From Takakia lepidozioides (Eukaryota > Plantae > Bryophyta): a DNA stretch of 64,000 nucleotides. Within the stretch, counting starts at the first letter, position 1. Every line of letters starts with the position of its first letter. Positions 63,851 to 64,000 of the stretch are shown one piece after another. Location: NCBI GenBank assembly GCA_030704615.1, contig CM060733.1, positions 57,412,001 to 57,476,000 on the forward strand. The letters are read 5' to 3'. A program made the position numbers and the translations under genes. The notes under the pieces were generated by a model. The model made no database searches, was not told the DNA's origin, and saw only the letters and a list, made by a program, of their open reading frames with translations.

Positions 63851-64000
63851 ATGGCCCCACAACTGCTTCTGTTGGATCTCAGTTTGAATGGAATATTGCC
63901 TCATTCCAGGAGTTTTGGGGTGCATTTCATTACACTGCAAAAAAAAATCTGATACAGCAAAATGCAATTGAAACTATCCATATGGAGGATTCCTTTGCCC

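Noticed and set aside
63291-63860. 189-aa ORF with repeated EKWRRISLF..ENWLSPNMHW
   Set aside because: By-product of a ~60-bp tandem repeat. Overlapping frames are also open and there is no gene context.

Overview
Intron-rich land-plant nuclear DNA, probably from a non-seed plant such as a bryophyte. That assignment is inferred from the retroelement types and is not proven. Five intact multi-exon genes could be spliced by hand with GT-AG sites and open frames: chloroplast sedoheptulose-1,7-bisphosphatase (10312-15053,+), EMC10-like (16941-20693,-), a type II pectin methylesterase with a Lys-rich KGKGT tract (30285-32839,+), a carbonyl-reductase-type SDR (48068-50071,-), and a 9-exon, 422-aa gene (53980-57124,+). 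The ORF track shows only the first two exons of the last gene. It aligns helix by helix with plant plastid heme oxygenases, but has Asp where the heme-ligating His sits and a remodelled distal helix. This divergent pseudo-heme-oxygenase is the best novelty candidate. The rest of the window is decayed mobile DNA and gene debris: a Copia element with TA...TA termini and a half-tRNAiMet-type PBS; two opposed chromovirus halves showing a Tf1-like self-priming signal, a -1 frameshift/pseudoknot and an extra ORF remnant; head-to-tail non-autonomous Helitron-like arrays; tRNA-derived SINEs; a MITE; a solo LTR; and PPR, BAHD, Sec14 and Myb/SANT pseudogene fragments. All homology calls are from recalled motifs; no database search was run.
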